A DNA stretch of 64,000 nucleotides from Candidatus Hecatella orcuttiae (GTDB lineage Archaea > Thermoproteota > Bathyarchaeia > Hecatellales > Hecatellaceae): positions 417,130-481,129 of the forward strand of contig MTLY02000002.1 in the NCBI GenBank assembly GCA_002011035.2, given 5' to 3'. The translations under genes and the position numbers were made by a program. Position 1 is the stretch's first letter. Every line of letters begins with the position of its first letter. Of this stretch, positions 36,916 to 47,607 are shown one piece after another. The notes beneath the pieces were generated by a model. It had not been told where the DNA came from, made no database searches, and was given only the letters and a program-made list of their open reading frames with translations.

Positions 36916-37191
36916 TTATTCGTAGACAACGCCTTCTCCCCCCCGAGGGTAACGCCACTTTATGGCCTCGGTTTGGCAGAGGTGATAGCAGGTGCCGCAT
37001 TCGAAGCATCGTTCCATTCCATGCATCCAACGGGCTGTTCCTTCGCTGAGAACCCAGGAGCCTGAAGGGCAAAGTTTAACGCAGAGGCCGCAGCCTGTGC
37101 ATTTTCCCTCCAAAACTTCCACGTGGACTTTGGTTTTAGGCTGCCTCCGCGTCAGCTTAGCCCAGCTTCTCTCCGTCGGTTGGTTTTCCAT
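36916..37191 (-). CDS. 4Fe-4S ferredoxin (FixX-like)
   Basis: CTGCGLCVKLCP and CFECGTCYHLC; WRYPRGGEGV. Confidence 0.85.
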   Translation of the reverse strand: MENQPTERSWAKLTRRQPKTKVHVEVLEGKCTGCGLCVKLCPSGSWVLSEGTARWMHGMERCFECGTCYHLCQTEAIKWRYPRGGEGVVYE

Positions 37192-37292
37192 GAGGAGGCC
37201 CCCCTTTCCGGCAGGCGTTTCTCTCCGCTGAGAGGGATGCAAAACCTTAAAACATTCAGGTTAAATAAAGATTAAAGAAAGAGAAGTAAAGG

Positions 37293-38276
37293 GTGCTTCC
37301 GCTGAGCGGCGACTACGTAGCTTCTTCAACCAGCTCGGTGCCGGAGGATTTCCTAACTTACCTTTCGGAGGCGAAGAGGCAGGTAGATGAGGAGCTCCGG
37401 CGGCTGATTTCATCCCTCCGAGAGCTGAAGCTCCACCCCCAGATGGCGTATGCCGCTCTCTCCCAAGGGAAAAGGCTTAGGCCCATCTTAGTGTTGATGA
37501 GCGGGGAGGCGGTGGGTGGACGCCGGGCTGAGCTGATGCCTCTGGCTCTGGCCTTCGAGCTAATCCACACGGCCACACTGGTTCACGACGACATCATCGA
37601 CGGAGACCTCCTCAGGCGGGGAGTTCCCACCCTTTACCAGCAGTGGAAGGACAAGGCCATCCTGGGAGGCGACGCCCTGTTCGTCCACGCCATCAACCTC
37701 GTGGCGGGCTTCGGCCCTGAGGTCATGAAGAACGTCTGCAGGGCGACGTTGGAGGTCTGCGACGGGGAGTTCATGGACGTCTCTCTCAACCTTCCCACAG
37801 CCACGGAGGAAGAGTATCTTCTGAAGATCAGGAAGAAGTCCGCATCCCTCTTCGGCACCGCTGCCCAATGCGGCTGCATGGCGGGCGGAGGGACGGATGT
37901 GGAAGTGAAAGCCCTAGCCACCTACGGGGAGTTCTTCGGCATGGCCTACCAGGTCAGCGACGACCTCCATGAGCTGGAGACGGAGAAGACGGTTCCCAGC
38001 GACCTCAAGAACAGGAGGGTCATTCTCCCCTACATTCACCTCTACAGGCATGGCAGCGCTGAGCTGCGAAACCTCCTAAAGGAAACCTTTGAACGTCGGA
38101 CAGCGTCCCTCAGCGACGCGGCTGAAATTTTCAAAGGCTTAGAGGAATTCGGCTCCCTCGCCTACTGTCGGAGGAAGATAAAGGAGTACGCTGAGGTGGC
38201 GGAGAAAAGCTTAGCTCCCCTCAGGAACAACCAATACAAGGACTACCTGCATCACCTGCTCCGCTACTTCACCTGA
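37293..38276 (+). CDS. Polyprenyl diphosphate synthase (GGPP synthase-like)
   Basis: GKRLRP, HDDIID...RRG, YQVSDD. Confidence 0.9.
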   Translation: MLPLSGDYVASSTSSVPEDFLTYLSEAKRQVDEELRRLISSLRELKLHPQMAYAALSQGKRLRPILVLMSGEAVGGRRAELMPLALAFELIHTATLVHDDIIDGDLLRRGVPTLYQQWKDKAILGGDALFVHAINLVAGFGPEVMKNVCRATLEVCDGEFMDVSLNLPTATEEEYLLKIRKKSASLFGTAAQCGCMAGGGTDVEVKALATYGEFFGMAYQVSDDLHELETEKTVPSDLKNRRVILPYIHLYRHGSAELRNLLKETFERRTASLSDAAEIFKGLEEFGSLAYCRRKIKEYAEVAEKSLAPLRNNQYKDYLHHLLRYFT

Positions 38277-38362
38277 AAACGTAGGCCAAAGTTTAAATTT
38301 CCCCTCTCCCTCATAAGCATCCTCACAGCTTCACCGACAGAGCCTTCGCGAGGATTCTGAGG

Positions 38363-38920
38363 TTGGAAGCCGAAAAGCCTAAGCTCATCGCCGTGGTGGG
38401 CGACAGCAAAGCTGGGAAGACCCACCTAGCTGGGTTTCTGATAGCCCACTTCACCCGCAAGGGCCTCCGGGTAGGTTCGATGAAGCACATCCACGACGCT
38501 CAGCTGACGTTGGACAAGCCTGGAAAGGACACCTGGAGACATGTGCAGGCAGGGGCGAAGGTCACCGTGGGCGTTGCCAGCCGGGAGTGGGTCCTCTTCA
38601 AGCGGGAAGATACCTCCCAGCTCAGCTGGGAAGAGCTGTTAGCTCCCCTGAGGAGGGAAAAGCTAGACCTCGTGGTGGTGGAAGGCTTCAGATACGCCCT
38701 CAAGGACAGGTCGGATGTTCCAAAACTTTTGGCTGCAAAAAACATGGAAGAACTTAAAAGGGCAGTGGAACAGCTGGCTCCGCCCCTTCTGGCTGCGGTG
38801 GGCAAGGTGGCGGAGGCCGCCTCCTCCTACCGGGGGCTTCCCGTCTTGGAGCTTCCCAAGGATGGAGAAAGGCTTCTCGCCTTGGTGGAGCGGTTTCTCT
38901 TCCCAAAGCCTCCCGGGTGA
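38363..38920 (+). CDS. mobB: Molybdopterin-guanine dinucleotide biosynthesis protein B
   Basis: GDSKAGKT, KHIH, DKPGKDTWRH...AGA, VVEGF. Confidence 0.88.
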   Translation: MEAEKPKLIAVVGDSKAGKTHLAGFLIAHFTRKGLRVGSMKHIHDAQLTLDKPGKDTWRHVQAGAKVTVGVASREWVLFKREDTSQLSWEELLAPLRREKLDLVVVEGFRYALKDRSDVPKLLAAKNMEELKRAVEQLAPPLLAAVGKVAEAASSYRGLPVLELPKDGERLLALVERFLFPKPPG

Positions 38921-38926
38921 GGGGGG

Positions 38927-39745
38927 TTAATCGGGGATTCCGAAGAAGGGGAGAACGTCCTCCCTCAGCTTCTTCTCCACCTCCCCCCTCTTCAACGGAG
39001 GTATCCACATTTCCCGTTGAGGTTTGATCAGTCTCACCACCTCGCCGGTGGAAATTTCCCCCTGCAGTTTGCGGGAAAGCTGAACCGCGGTGAGATATTT
39101 ATCAGGGTCGTAGGCTAGGAGGCGGCTGGGCTCCACGGCCAGCACCAGGTCCAACTTCCGCAGCCCCGGCCAAGGTAGGGCGATGTTGCCGTAGCTTTCG
39201 ATGACCACAACCTCATGGGCTTCGCCCACCCGTTTGTAGGCTAGGTCGGAGGCGAGGTTGTAGTATTCCATCAGGGAGTCTTGGCCTTCGCCGTCCCTGA
39301 CCCTGTAGACCTTGGAAGCTCGGCTGCGGAGTCCCTTCCAAAGCTCCTCCAGCCGGCTGTCGGATGCTGCGGAAATGTTTTCCACCAAAATGGTTTCGGT
39401 TTTCTCCCCGCAGAGTGTGATCCTGTCCAAGATGAAGGGGGGAAGCAGGGAGAGGGACCTCTGGAGGGTGGGCTCCCCCCATATTCTGTGCACAGGGTTC
39501 ACAACCTCCACCGGCAGAGAGGTGTGGGAGGCTTGATGGAGAAGCTTGGCGTCCTTCCCGTAGAGGGTTCCCCGGCTGAGGGCTTCCTCGAGGACGTCGA
39601 AGTCATACCAGAGATTGTTGCCGGCCCTGGGTTTGAACCCGCAGACATCCAAGCCCTTTCCCCGCAGGTAGTCCAGCAAGGCTAAGGTCAGAGTGGTCTT
39701 CCCCGCGTCCACCTCCTTAAGGCCTACGACCAAAATTCTCTCCAA
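38927..39745 (-). CDS. P-loop ATPase/GTPase (archaeal COG4028-like)
   Basis: VDAGKTT, FKPRAGNNLWYD, NPVHR, VIESY. Confidence 0.75.
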   Translation of the reverse strand: MERILVVGLKEVDAGKTTLTLALLDYLRGKGLDVCGFKPRAGNNLWYDFDVLEEALSRGTLYGKDAKLLHQASHTSLPVEVVNPVHRIWGEPTLQRSLSLLPPFILDRITLCGEKTETILVENISAASDSRLEELWKGLRSRASKVYRVRDGEGQDSLMEYYNLASDLAYKRVGEAHEVVVIESYGNIALPWPGLRKLDLVLAVEPSRLLAYDPDKYLTAVQLSRKLQGEISTGEVVRLIKPQREMWIPPLKRGEVEKKLREDVLPFFGIPD

Positions 39746-40103
39746 GGCTTCAATCCCCCGGCTAGGCTTCGGTTTTCTTCGAATCCTTCAAGCCGCCTTC
39801 GCCCACCTGCTCATGGTGAACTCTCCTGATCCGGGTTGAAAGCGGGTTTAATTTTTTCCTCCACGTAGCTCCAGAACTCCGCGGTTTTTCCTCGAAATTC
39901 GGAGGCAGCTTGGGTGAGGTGCAGAAACTCTCCCCTTGGGAGCATCCTAGGTATGAGGATGAGCGCTCTCCCCAACTTCGACACCTGGGGTGCGAGGTTG
40001 AGGCTTCGCTAGCAAGATGGCTGCGTCCTTATATCTGTTTTTCGAAGGCCTGATTCAAAATCTTTAATTTTAAGCCCCCTCAACATCCTATGCGGCAACC
40101 CTC

Positions 40104-40580
40104 ATGAAAAAGGCTGGAAGACAGATGACCATGCCGGTAGTCTTCGTCGAAGTCAGCGTCCTCTCCCACGCCACCGAGGACAAGGAGAAAGTCTTAGAAG
40201 CCTTCAAGCATGCCCTAACCGAGGAAGTCTACGGAGAAACTGAAATAGCCGAAGACAGGCTGGAGGGACACTACGGAAACCCCATCACCCTCCTCAAAGT
40301 CCGGGTTAACAGGAAGGCTCAGGTGAGAAAAATCCTCGAAAACGTCTTCTCCAAACTGGAAGACCCAGACCGCCGCCGGTTGCTCTCTCAGGCTGAAAAC
40401 CACATCGACGAAGGAGGCAGCTTCTACCTGAGACTTGACAAGCAAGCGGCCTATGTGGGGAAAATGAAGCTGGCCAACGCCGACCCCCTCCGCCTCCAAG
40501 TTAAGCTGTCCATACCCAGAAGGCAGAGGGAAAAACTCCTAGAAGCATGCCGAAATCTGATCCACGGGCAAGCCGATTAG
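40104..40580 (+). CDS. Predicted exosome-associated RNA-binding protein (COG1325-like)
   Basis: HATED.EKV, GHYGNPI, FYLRLDKQ; co-oriented with RNase P protein genes. Confidence 0.85.
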   Translation: MKKAGRQMTMPVVFVEVSVLSHATEDKEKVLEAFKHALTEEVYGETEIAEDRLEGHYGNPITLLKVRVNRKAQVRKILENVFSKLEDPDRRRLLSQAENHIDEGGSFYLRLDKQAAYVGKMKLANADPLRLQVKLSIPRRQREKLLEACRNLIHGQAD

Positions 40581-40590
40581 GCGGTGGGAT

Positions 40591-41328
40591 TTGGCGAAAT
40601 TCGTCGACCTCCACCTGTCCCCCTCCTGGGGAGACGCAAAGGAAGCCGGTAGACTGGTGGCGGAGACCGCCCGCTTGGGCTTCAGGGCTGTGGCTTTAGC
40701 CACCACCAGGGCTGAAGGCCCTCAAACACAGCGGTCTGTCTTCGAGGAAGACCTTTCAACCCGCGGCGTGGAAGCAGTCAGGAGGCTTAACCTACAGCCT
40801 TCCACCCCAGAGGAGCTTCTCAAAGACCTTAGAGTCCACCGGCGGAATTTCGAGGTGGTCTCCGTCACCTGCGAAACCGACTCCCTGGCGAGGTTGGCGG
40901 CTAGAGACTCCCGGGTTGACCTTCTACGTTTTCCCCTTTCCCCTCGGCTTCAGCTTTTCGGTGAGGTGGAGGCGGAGCTGGCCTCGGGCTCTAATGCCGC
41001 CTTGGAGGTTGACATGGCTTCCGTGGTGGGGGTGGAGGAATACGCTTTGCCCAGGGTCCTAAGGGAACTCCGTCGAAGGCTGAGGTTGGCTGAAAGGTTT
41101 AAAGTCCCTGTGGTGGTCTCCAGCGGGGCTGCTGACGTCTATGGGCTGAGGTCTCCCCGGGACATGGCAGCCTTCCTGAGGGTTCTGGGGCTGCCTCCCC
41201 AAGCCGCCCTTAAGGCGGTGTCCCGGAACCCAGCTGCCATCATTCAGAGGAACCGGGAGAAGCTTGACTCCTCCTTTGTGGGGGTAGGCGTCCGCTTGGT
41301 GAAAGAGGCTGAGGGGAAGGATGGATAA
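40591..41328 (+). CDS. rnp3: RNase P protein Rpp30
   Basis: FVDLH, RVDLL, VVSSGA...LRSPRD. Confidence 0.88.
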   Translation: MAKFVDLHLSPSWGDAKEAGRLVAETARLGFRAVALATTRAEGPQTQRSVFEEDLSTRGVEAVRRLNLQPSTPEELLKDLRVHRRNFEVVSVTCETDSLARLAARDSRVDLLRFPLSPRLQLFGEVEAELASGSNAALEVDMASVVGVEEYALPRVLRELRRRLRLAERFKVPVVVSSGAADVYGLRSPRDMAAFLRVLGLPPQAALKAVSRNPAAIIQRNREKLDSSFVGVGVRLVKEAEGKDG

Positions 41329-41677
41329 AAAGGCGAGAAAACGCTACCTGCTCTTCCAGGTTCTCTCAGACTCGGAGAAGTTGGAGAAAAAAAAGGTAGG
41401 GCAGGTTTTATTCCACAGGTTCCGGCTTCTTTTCGGAGCCTTCGGCCTAAGCCAATCCGACCTCTCCTTCCTCGCCTACGATGGGGAGAAGAAGCTGGGA
41501 GTCCTCCGATGCTCCCACGAGTATGTGGAACATGTCCGCGCAACCCTAGCCCTCACCGCGGAGGTTCAAGGCTCCAAAGCCCGCTTCCACGTGGTCCGGG
41601 TTTCAGGCACCCTCAAGACTTTGAAAGAAACCGCTCTTCTCTCTTTCGGGTCGCCGCTGAAACCTGAAGGGAAATAG
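41321..41677 (+). CDS. rnp2: RNase P protein Pop5/Rpp14
   Basis: KRYLLF, LFGAFG, GVLRC, VSGTLK. Confidence 0.88.
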   Translation: MDKKARKRYLLFQVLSDSEKLEKKKVGQVLFHRFRLLFGAFGLSQSDLSFLAYDGEKKLGVLRCSHEYVEHVRATLALTAEVQGSKARFHVVRVSGTLKTLKETALLSFGSPLKPEGK

Positions 41678-41707
41678 CTACGCCACCCTTTAGGGAGCCA
41701 AGCTGGC

Positions 41708-42037
41708 TTATCTTCGAAATCTAACCTTGTCGCTTTCCTTCTTCCAGTGGAAGGCGGCTGCATGGGCTTCCTCATCGGAGCAAAGCCTGTCGCCTTTGAT
41801 GTTTAGAATATGCAGTTTACCGTCTTCAACCTGGATGTTGAGAGGCCCGTGGCCTTTGAGGTAAGCCATGGTCACAGCGTCGTGGATGATGCTGCCGAGG
41901 ATCCTCTCCAGCTTGCCGAGGTCTTCTTCATCCCTAACCCTGCGCAGCATGGACTTCAGCTTCACCGAGTGGAAAGCTACTTCCTTGGCGTGAATGTCGA
42001 TGCACACATCGCAGATGGAAACCTTCAAAAAATTCAC
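41708..42037 (-). CDS. Hypothetical protein
   Basis: 109-aa ORF with plausible codon usage; no motif recognised. Confidence 0.5.
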   Translation of the reverse strand: MNFLKVSICDVCIDIHAKEVAFHSVKLKSMLRRVRDEEDLGKLERILGSIIHDAVTMAYLKGHGPLNIQVEDGKLHILNIKGDRLCSDEEAHAAAFHWKKESDKVRFRR

Positions 42038-42243
42038 CTAAATATGGTTTCAACCCGAGGTCACAAAAACATTTCTGTTTATTTTTTAAACCCTCTCCAT
42101 CCCCTTTTTCTCCACGGAAAAGTTCACTTCCCCATCCCGCAGCCTTCTGCCAACACGGTTTCCGGCTAAGCTCTGCAGCTCAAATTCTATCCAAACATTT
42201 TTATTGTGCAAGCTTCAGATGTCAGTCATAACGGGAAGAAGCA

Positions 42244-42651
42244 ATGTACTCCGAAGAGTTTGACGCCAGATGCCGAGACAGCGCCTGCGTCTGCGGAGGT
42301 TCAGGCTGCCTCATGTGGGTGGTGGACTACCACCGGTGGAGCCGGCAGCTGCTCTGCAACATAGGCGGCCTGATCTACATGGAAGTGGAAGGCGACTTGG
42401 AAGTCTACGACTACGTGGGGGACGTGCCGGGTTTGAAGGGGAACCCCGCCCGCCATACTCCGCCTGTGCCTTCCCCAGACGACTACTTCCGCTGCGCCGA
42501 CTGCAACAGGCTTACGTTGAAGACGGGAAAACACCACCTTTACTGCCCCGCCTGCTCCGACTTCCGAAGGCGGGAGCGGAAGCGAAAATGGATTCAGCAA
42601 CGCAGGAAATCTGCGAAGCAGGCGGAGACAGCAGGGCAGAAAACCGTGTGA
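42244..42651 (+). CDS. Cys-rich hypothetical protein (zinc-ribbon C-terminus)
   Basis: CADC...YCPAC and an N-terminal Cys cluster. Confidence 0.55.
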   Translation: MYSEEFDARCRDSACVCGGSGCLMWVVDYHRWSRQLLCNIGGLIYMEVEGDLEVYDYVGDVPGLKGNPARHTPPVPSPDDYFRCADCNRLTLKTGKHHLYCPACSDFRRRERKRKWIQQRRKSAKQAETAGQKTV

Positions 42652-42801
42652 GTCTGCTTCTACCCGGGAAAAGTCCTTCTTATCGCCATTATTATTAGTC
42701 TGGCAAAAAGGTCTACAGGGGTTTCTGGGGAAAACTTGTTAAGCTTCAGCGTCCCCTTAATTAAGGGCGGCAGCCTTAAAACCGAATGGGAATGACCCAG
42801 C

Positions 42802-43566
42802 TTGACTCGATGTTCAGTCTGCGGGAGGGAGGTGAACCTTCCCTTCCTCTGCAATTACTGCGGCGGCTTCTACTGTGCAGAGCATAGGCTGCCTGAATAC
42901 CACAGCTGCTCCGCCCTCGGCACCCTCCAAAGGCCTGTTATTGAGGGGAGAATAACCTCCATCCCCTTTGAGGCTCCTTCCTTTGAGCGGAGGAGGCTGA
43001 GGCCGTCGGCCAGCAGCCGGGAGTTGAGGGACTTGGGCATCGCCTTGGGGGTGCTGATGCTGGTGGGGCTTTCCTGGCAGAGGTTCATCTTCGCCCTGTC
43101 CCCGCTTATGCTTCTGGGAGTAGCCTTAGGGGTCGCCCCCGCCTTTCTCCTCCACGAGGTGATGCATAAGCTGACGGCTCAGAGGTTTGGAGCCTGGGCG
43201 GAGTTCAGGCTTGACCCTTTTGGCATGATGATCACGGTCATATCCATTTTTTCCCCTTTCTTCAAGGTCATTGCCCCGGGGGCGGTGATGATTTCAGGCT
43301 ACCACCTGACGAGGGAGGACATGGGGAAGATCGCCCTCGCAGGTCCCCTGACCAACATCACCCTAGCCATGGTTCTCCTCGCCTTGCCCTTCCACCACTG
43401 GATAATCAACCTGGCAGTAACCTTCAACCTCTTCATAGCCTTCTTCAACCTCCTCCCTTTCTCCATCCTCGACGGCCGGAAGATCATCAGCTGGAACAAG
43501 CTTGCATGGGCCGCCGCCTTCGCTCTGACCGTTTTCCTCTTCGCAGCCCGGGCCTTCGTCTTCTAA
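42802..43566 (+). CDS. AN1 zinc finger fused to M50 (site-2) metalloprotease
   Basis: CSVC...CNYCGGFYCAEHRLPEYHSC; HEVMH; AGPLTN; NLLPFSILDG. Confidence 0.9.
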   Translation: MTRCSVCGREVNLPFLCNYCGGFYCAEHRLPEYHSCSALGTLQRPVIEGRITSIPFEAPSFERRRLRPSASSRELRDLGIALGVLMLVGLSWQRFIFALSPLMLLGVALGVAPAFLLHEVMHKLTAQRFGAWAEFRLDPFGMMITVISIFSPFFKVIAPGAVMISGYHLTREDMGKIALAGPLTNITLAMVLLALPFHHWIINLAVTFNLFIAFFNLLPFSILDGRKIISWNKLAWAAAFALTVFLFAARAFVF

Positions 43567-43709
43567 CGGTAAGCCTTTAAATCCCCGGGAAGGGCGGGTG
43601 GTGTGCAGAAAACTTATAACTGAGGCCTCCAGTTTCTGGAGACAGAGAGCGGGTGGTTGACTCCCTCCGTTCCGCTGTGACAGAAACCCCAAAAGGGAGG
43701 AAAAACCGG

Positions 43710-44198
43710 ATGGAATCAAGAGACCTAACCTTAGCTGCCATTTTTGGCGCCCTCTACGCCGTGGGCGTCGTGGCCTTGGCGCCCATCAGCTTTCTCCCCT
43801 TCCAGGTTCGAATCGCCGATGCCCTTCTCCCCCTGACCATGCTCTTCGGCTACCCCGCCATCTTGGGCGTGACCCTCGGATGCGTGGTGGCCAACAGCTT
43901 CGGGGGGCTGGGACTGGTGGACATGACCCTCGGACCCTTGGCCAACTTCCTCGCCTGCTCCGTGGGCTACCGGCTGGGGAGAAAAAGCAAGCTCGCCGGC
44001 TCCGCAGCCATAACGGCCATCGTAACCCTGATAGTAGGCGCCTACTTGGGGGTTCTCTTCCACCTGCCTCTCACCGTAACCTGGACGGGGGTTCTCCTCG
44101 GCTCCATTGTAGCCGTCAACATGGTAGGGCTGCCTCTGACCTACGCCCTGGACCGGAGGAAAGCCTACCTTTTCAGGCAGCCTAGGAGAAAAGGGTAG
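43710..44198 (+). CDS. QueT-family transporter
   Basis: ALYAV...PISF.PFQVRIADAL...GVTLGCVVAN. Confidence 0.85.
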   Translation: MESRDLTLAAIFGALYAVGVVALAPISFLPFQVRIADALLPLTMLFGYPAILGVTLGCVVANSFGGLGLVDMTLGPLANFLACSVGYRLGRKSKLAGSAAITAIVTLIVGAYLGVLFHLPLTVTWTGVLLGSIVAVNMVGLPLTYALDRRKAYLFRQPRRKG

Positions 44199-44285
44199 AT
44201 TCACTGGGCTTCAACAGGCTGCGGTCAAATAGGTTCATAAACCCTCAGCCCTTATAGGATTAGGCAAAAGCGACGGGAAGCGCTC

Positions 44286-45641
44286 ATGACGGACAGAGAG
44301 TTCTTCCAGAGGTCTTTGAGGCTTATAGAAGCCAGCAGGGCGCATGAGAAATACCGGGAAAAAGAATGCATAAACCTGATAGCCAGCGAGGGGTTGAAGT
44401 CCCCCGCGGCCATGGAGATGCTTCACCTCTGCCGGGACTTGGAAGCTCGATACTGCGAAGGTGAAAACGACCTGGAGGGGCATGTGAAGGAAAGACACTA
44501 CCAGGGGCAGAGGTTCATAACCCAGATTGAAAACCTCACCGCCGACCTGGTGAAGGACATCTTCCGATGTAGCTGGGTTGAGATCAGGCCGCTTTCAGGG
44601 ACGCAGGCGAATCAGGTTACCTTCTTCGGGCTTTCATCCCTCACCAACAACAGCAAGATGGCCGCGGTGCCCCTCAGCGCGGGAGCGCATATCTCCCACG
44701 ACTATACAGGGCTGGCAGGCCAAGTGGTGGGGTTGGAGATCATCAACATGACCTACGACCATGAGGAGTTGAACATAGCCGTCGACGAGTCTGTCAGGAT
44801 AATCAAAGCAGCTAGGCCGGGAATAGTCACCTTGGGCGGAAGCCTCTTCCAGTTTCCCCCTCCCATGGAGGAGCTGGCTGAAGCGGCGAGGGAGGTAGGC
44901 GCCTTCGTCGTCTATGACGCTGCACATGTCCTAGGCCTCATAGCCGGGGGGCAGTTCCAGCAGCCCTTGAAGGAGGGAGCGGACTTTGTCACAGGGTCGA
45001 CGCATAAGACTTTCCCCGGGCCTCAAGGCGGCTTGGTCTTCGCCGACCTGAGAGAGCCGAGGCAGAGGGACGCGGCTAGGGAGATTCAGCACGCAGTTTT
45101 CCCCCTCTCCACGTCCAACACCCATCCCGGGAGGTTTCCCGCCTTGGCCATAGCGGCCTTGGAGCTGAAGCTCTACGGTGACCAGCTTGCCAAGCAGACG
45201 GTCAGAAACGCTCAAACAGCTGGGGAATGCCTCTTCGAAAACGGACTTAAGGTTTTGGGGGAAAAGCACGGTTTCACCCAGTCCCATCAGATAGCCGTGG
45301 ATGTTCAGGAATACGGCGGCGGGGCTAGGGTTGCCAAAAACCTGGAGAAGGCCAACATCATCATCAACAAGAACCTCCTCCCCTACGACAGCCAAAGCGA
45401 CCGGGCGAGGCCGTCGGGGATCCGGCTGGGCTTCCAGGAGGTAACCCGAAGAGGCTTCAGGGAAAGCGACGTGAAACACCTCTGCAGCCTAATCTTGGAC
45501 GTGGTTAAAGGCAGAAGAGACCCGCGTTTGGTGAGGAAAGAAGTGATGGAGCTCAGGCAAAGCTTCCAAGGCATCCGCTACGGTTTCAAAAGCCTTGAGG
45601 AAGTGGAAAACCGCCTCAGGAAAAAACTCGGCTTAGTTTAA
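44286..45641 (+). CDS. glyA: Serine hydroxymethyltransferase
   Basis: NLIASE, SGTQAN, YDAAHVLGL, STHKTFPGPQGG, NKNLLP, PSGIRLG. Confidence 0.95.
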   Translation: MTDREFFQRSLRLIEASRAHEKYREKECINLIASEGLKSPAAMEMLHLCRDLEARYCEGENDLEGHVKERHYQGQRFITQIENLTADLVKDIFRCSWVEIRPLSGTQANQVTFFGLSSLTNNSKMAAVPLSAGAHISHDYTGLAGQVVGLEIINMTYDHEELNIAVDESVRIIKAARPGIVTLGGSLFQFPPPMEELAEAAREVGAFVVYDAAHVLGLIAGGQFQQPLKEGADFVTGSTHKTFPGPQGGLVFADLREPRQRDAAREIQHAVFPLSTSNTHPGRFPALAIAALELKLYGDQLAKQTVRNAQTAGECLFENGLKVLGEKHGFTQSHQIAVDVQEYGGGARVAKNLEKANIIINKNLLPYDSQSDRARPSGIRLGFQEVTRRGFRESDVKHLCSLILDVVKGRRDPRLVRKEVMELRQSFQGIRYGFKSLEEVENRLRKKLGLV

Positions 45642-45725
45642 ACTCTCCAGAAACTTCTAGGGACCTAACGCTTATTAGCCTCAGGGAGTTTTTTCTTTTT
45701 CAACGTTTCAAAGGACGGGACGCTG

Positions 45726-46130
45726 TTGAGTGAAGATGAAGAATTGGAGAAAATCAAACAGGAGAAGATGCGAAAGATGCTGGGTGGAAGCAACCCTGAA
45801 GTCGTCGATAAACCTATACCCCTCACCGACTCCAATTTTCAGGAAACCCTCCGCCAGCATCGGTTACTCTTAGTAGACTTCTGGGCTCCTTGGTGCGGGC
45901 CCTGCAGGATGGTTGCCCCTGTCATCGAGGAGCTGGCCGGCCGATATGCCGGGTCCGCTGTCTTTGGAAAGCTGAACACTGATGAAAATCCCAAGACAGC
46001 CATGAAGTACGGAATATCCGCCATCCCCACCCTCATTGTTTTCAAAAACGGAGAAGAAGTCGACCGCATGGTCGGGGCTGCGCCCAAAGCTGAGATCGAG
46101 GCTCTTCTGCAGAAGCATCTTCAAACATAG
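45726..46130 (+). CDS. trxA: Thioredoxin
   Basis: DFWAPWCGPC. Confidence 0.95.
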   Translation: MSEDEELEKIKQEKMRKMLGGSNPEVVDKPIPLTDSNFQETLRQHRLLLVDFWAPWCGPCRMVAPVIEELAGRYAGSAVFGKLNTDENPKTAMKYGISAIPTLIVFKNGEEVDRMVGAAPKAEIEALLQKHLQT

Positions 46131-46225
46131 CCTCGGTTTCTCCGTGAAATCGCAGTCGTAAAAAAGCATATCAACTGGCTCCGCTATACCTCTGTGTGTA
46201 AGAGTTTTATGCGGAGGACTGTTGC

Positions 46226-46888
46226 GTGGGTTTGGTCCCTGAAAAGGAAAGAGTAAAGCTGACGGAGAAATTTGCCAGAGAGCTCACGGGAACCGTCACC
46301 TTGGTGCTCTTCACCCAAGAGTTCGAGTGCCCCCACTGCAAAGAAACCCGGCAGCTCGTCGAAGAGCTGAGTGAACTCTCGGAGAAGATCAACGTGGAAG
46401 TCTACGACTTCGCCGCCGACGAGGAGAAAGTCAAGGCTTTCAGCGTCGACAAAATCCCAGCCATAGCCGTTGTGGGGGAGAAGGACTACGGCATCCGATT
46501 CTACGGAATACCCTCCGGCTATGAGTTTTCAACCTTGGTGGAGGACATTGTGGACGTGTCCAACGGCTCCACGCGGCTCTCGGAGGAGGTTAAGAAAAAG
46601 CTCAGAGAAATCACCCAGCCTGTGCACATTCAAGTGTTCGTCACCCTCTCCTGCCCCTACTGCCCTCGCATGGTCCGGCTGGCTCACCAGGCGGCTGTGG
46701 AAGGCCCCAGCATCAGGGCGGACATGGTGGAGTCGATGGAGTTCCCCCATCTGGCCAACAAGTACGGTGTCATGAGTGTTCCCAAAACCGTCATCAACGA
46801 AACCGTGGAGTTTGTGGGAGCTGTTCCCGAGGAGCATTTCCTCCACTACGTCCTCAAGGCCTCCCAGCCTTCTGGCCTAGTGGTCTAG
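46226..46888 (+). CDS. Protein disulfide oxidoreductase (two thioredoxin folds)
   Basis: CPHC and CPYC; GIRFYGIPSGYEF. Confidence 0.92.
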   Translation: MGLVPEKERVKLTEKFARELTGTVTLVLFTQEFECPHCKETRQLVEELSELSEKINVEVYDFAADEEKVKAFSVDKIPAIAVVGEKDYGIRFYGIPSGYEFSTLVEDIVDVSNGSTRLSEEVKKKLREITQPVHIQVFVTLSCPYCPRMVRLAHQAAVEGPSIRADMVESMEFPHLANKYGVMSVPKTVINETVEFVGAVPEEHFLHYVLKASQPSGLVV

Positions 46889-47570
46889 GCTTCTTTCCGT
46901 GTTTGAAGGGCGGAAGCTGGCTGTTTAAATCTCGGTGGAAAAAGGGAGGCTTAAAAGCGTCGGTTTTTGTCTCTGCCAATAAAAGTAATGCTTATATGAG
47001 GCCCCCTTCTTAACCTATTTTGGAAGTTCGAAAGAACCGCCCGTGACCTTTAGCGGCGGCGTCGAACTGACGATGAAGGCTTTTGTCCGAGGATGAGGCA
47101 TCCCGACCTCCGGTCACGGGCACATTATGAGGACCTAAGCAAGCGGAGTCTTTAGGTCTGATGCGGGTTTACCGCTTACCGCCAATCTTAGTCGAAGGCC
47201 TTTAACCGTACTCTCCATCGTGAAATCCGGTTGATCCTGCCGGACCCCACTGCTATCGGGATGGGACTAAGCCATGCGAGTCAGCTTCCCTAAGCCATGG
47301 TAGGGAGGCGGCACACGGCTCAGTAAAACATGGCTAACCTGCCCCTAGGACGGAGATAACCCCGGGAAACTGGGGCTAATATCCGATGGGTGAGCTGGCC
47401 TGGAATGGTAGCTCACCGAAAGGGCGGTGGAACCATGCTTTCCACCGTTGCCTAGGGATGGGGCCATGTCCGATCAGGTAGTTGGTGAGGTAACGGCTCA
47501 CCAAGCCTATAACCGGTACGGGCCGTGAGAGCGGGAGCCCGGAGATGGACCCTGAGACAAGGGTCCAGGT

Positions 47571-47607
<37 letters not shown>

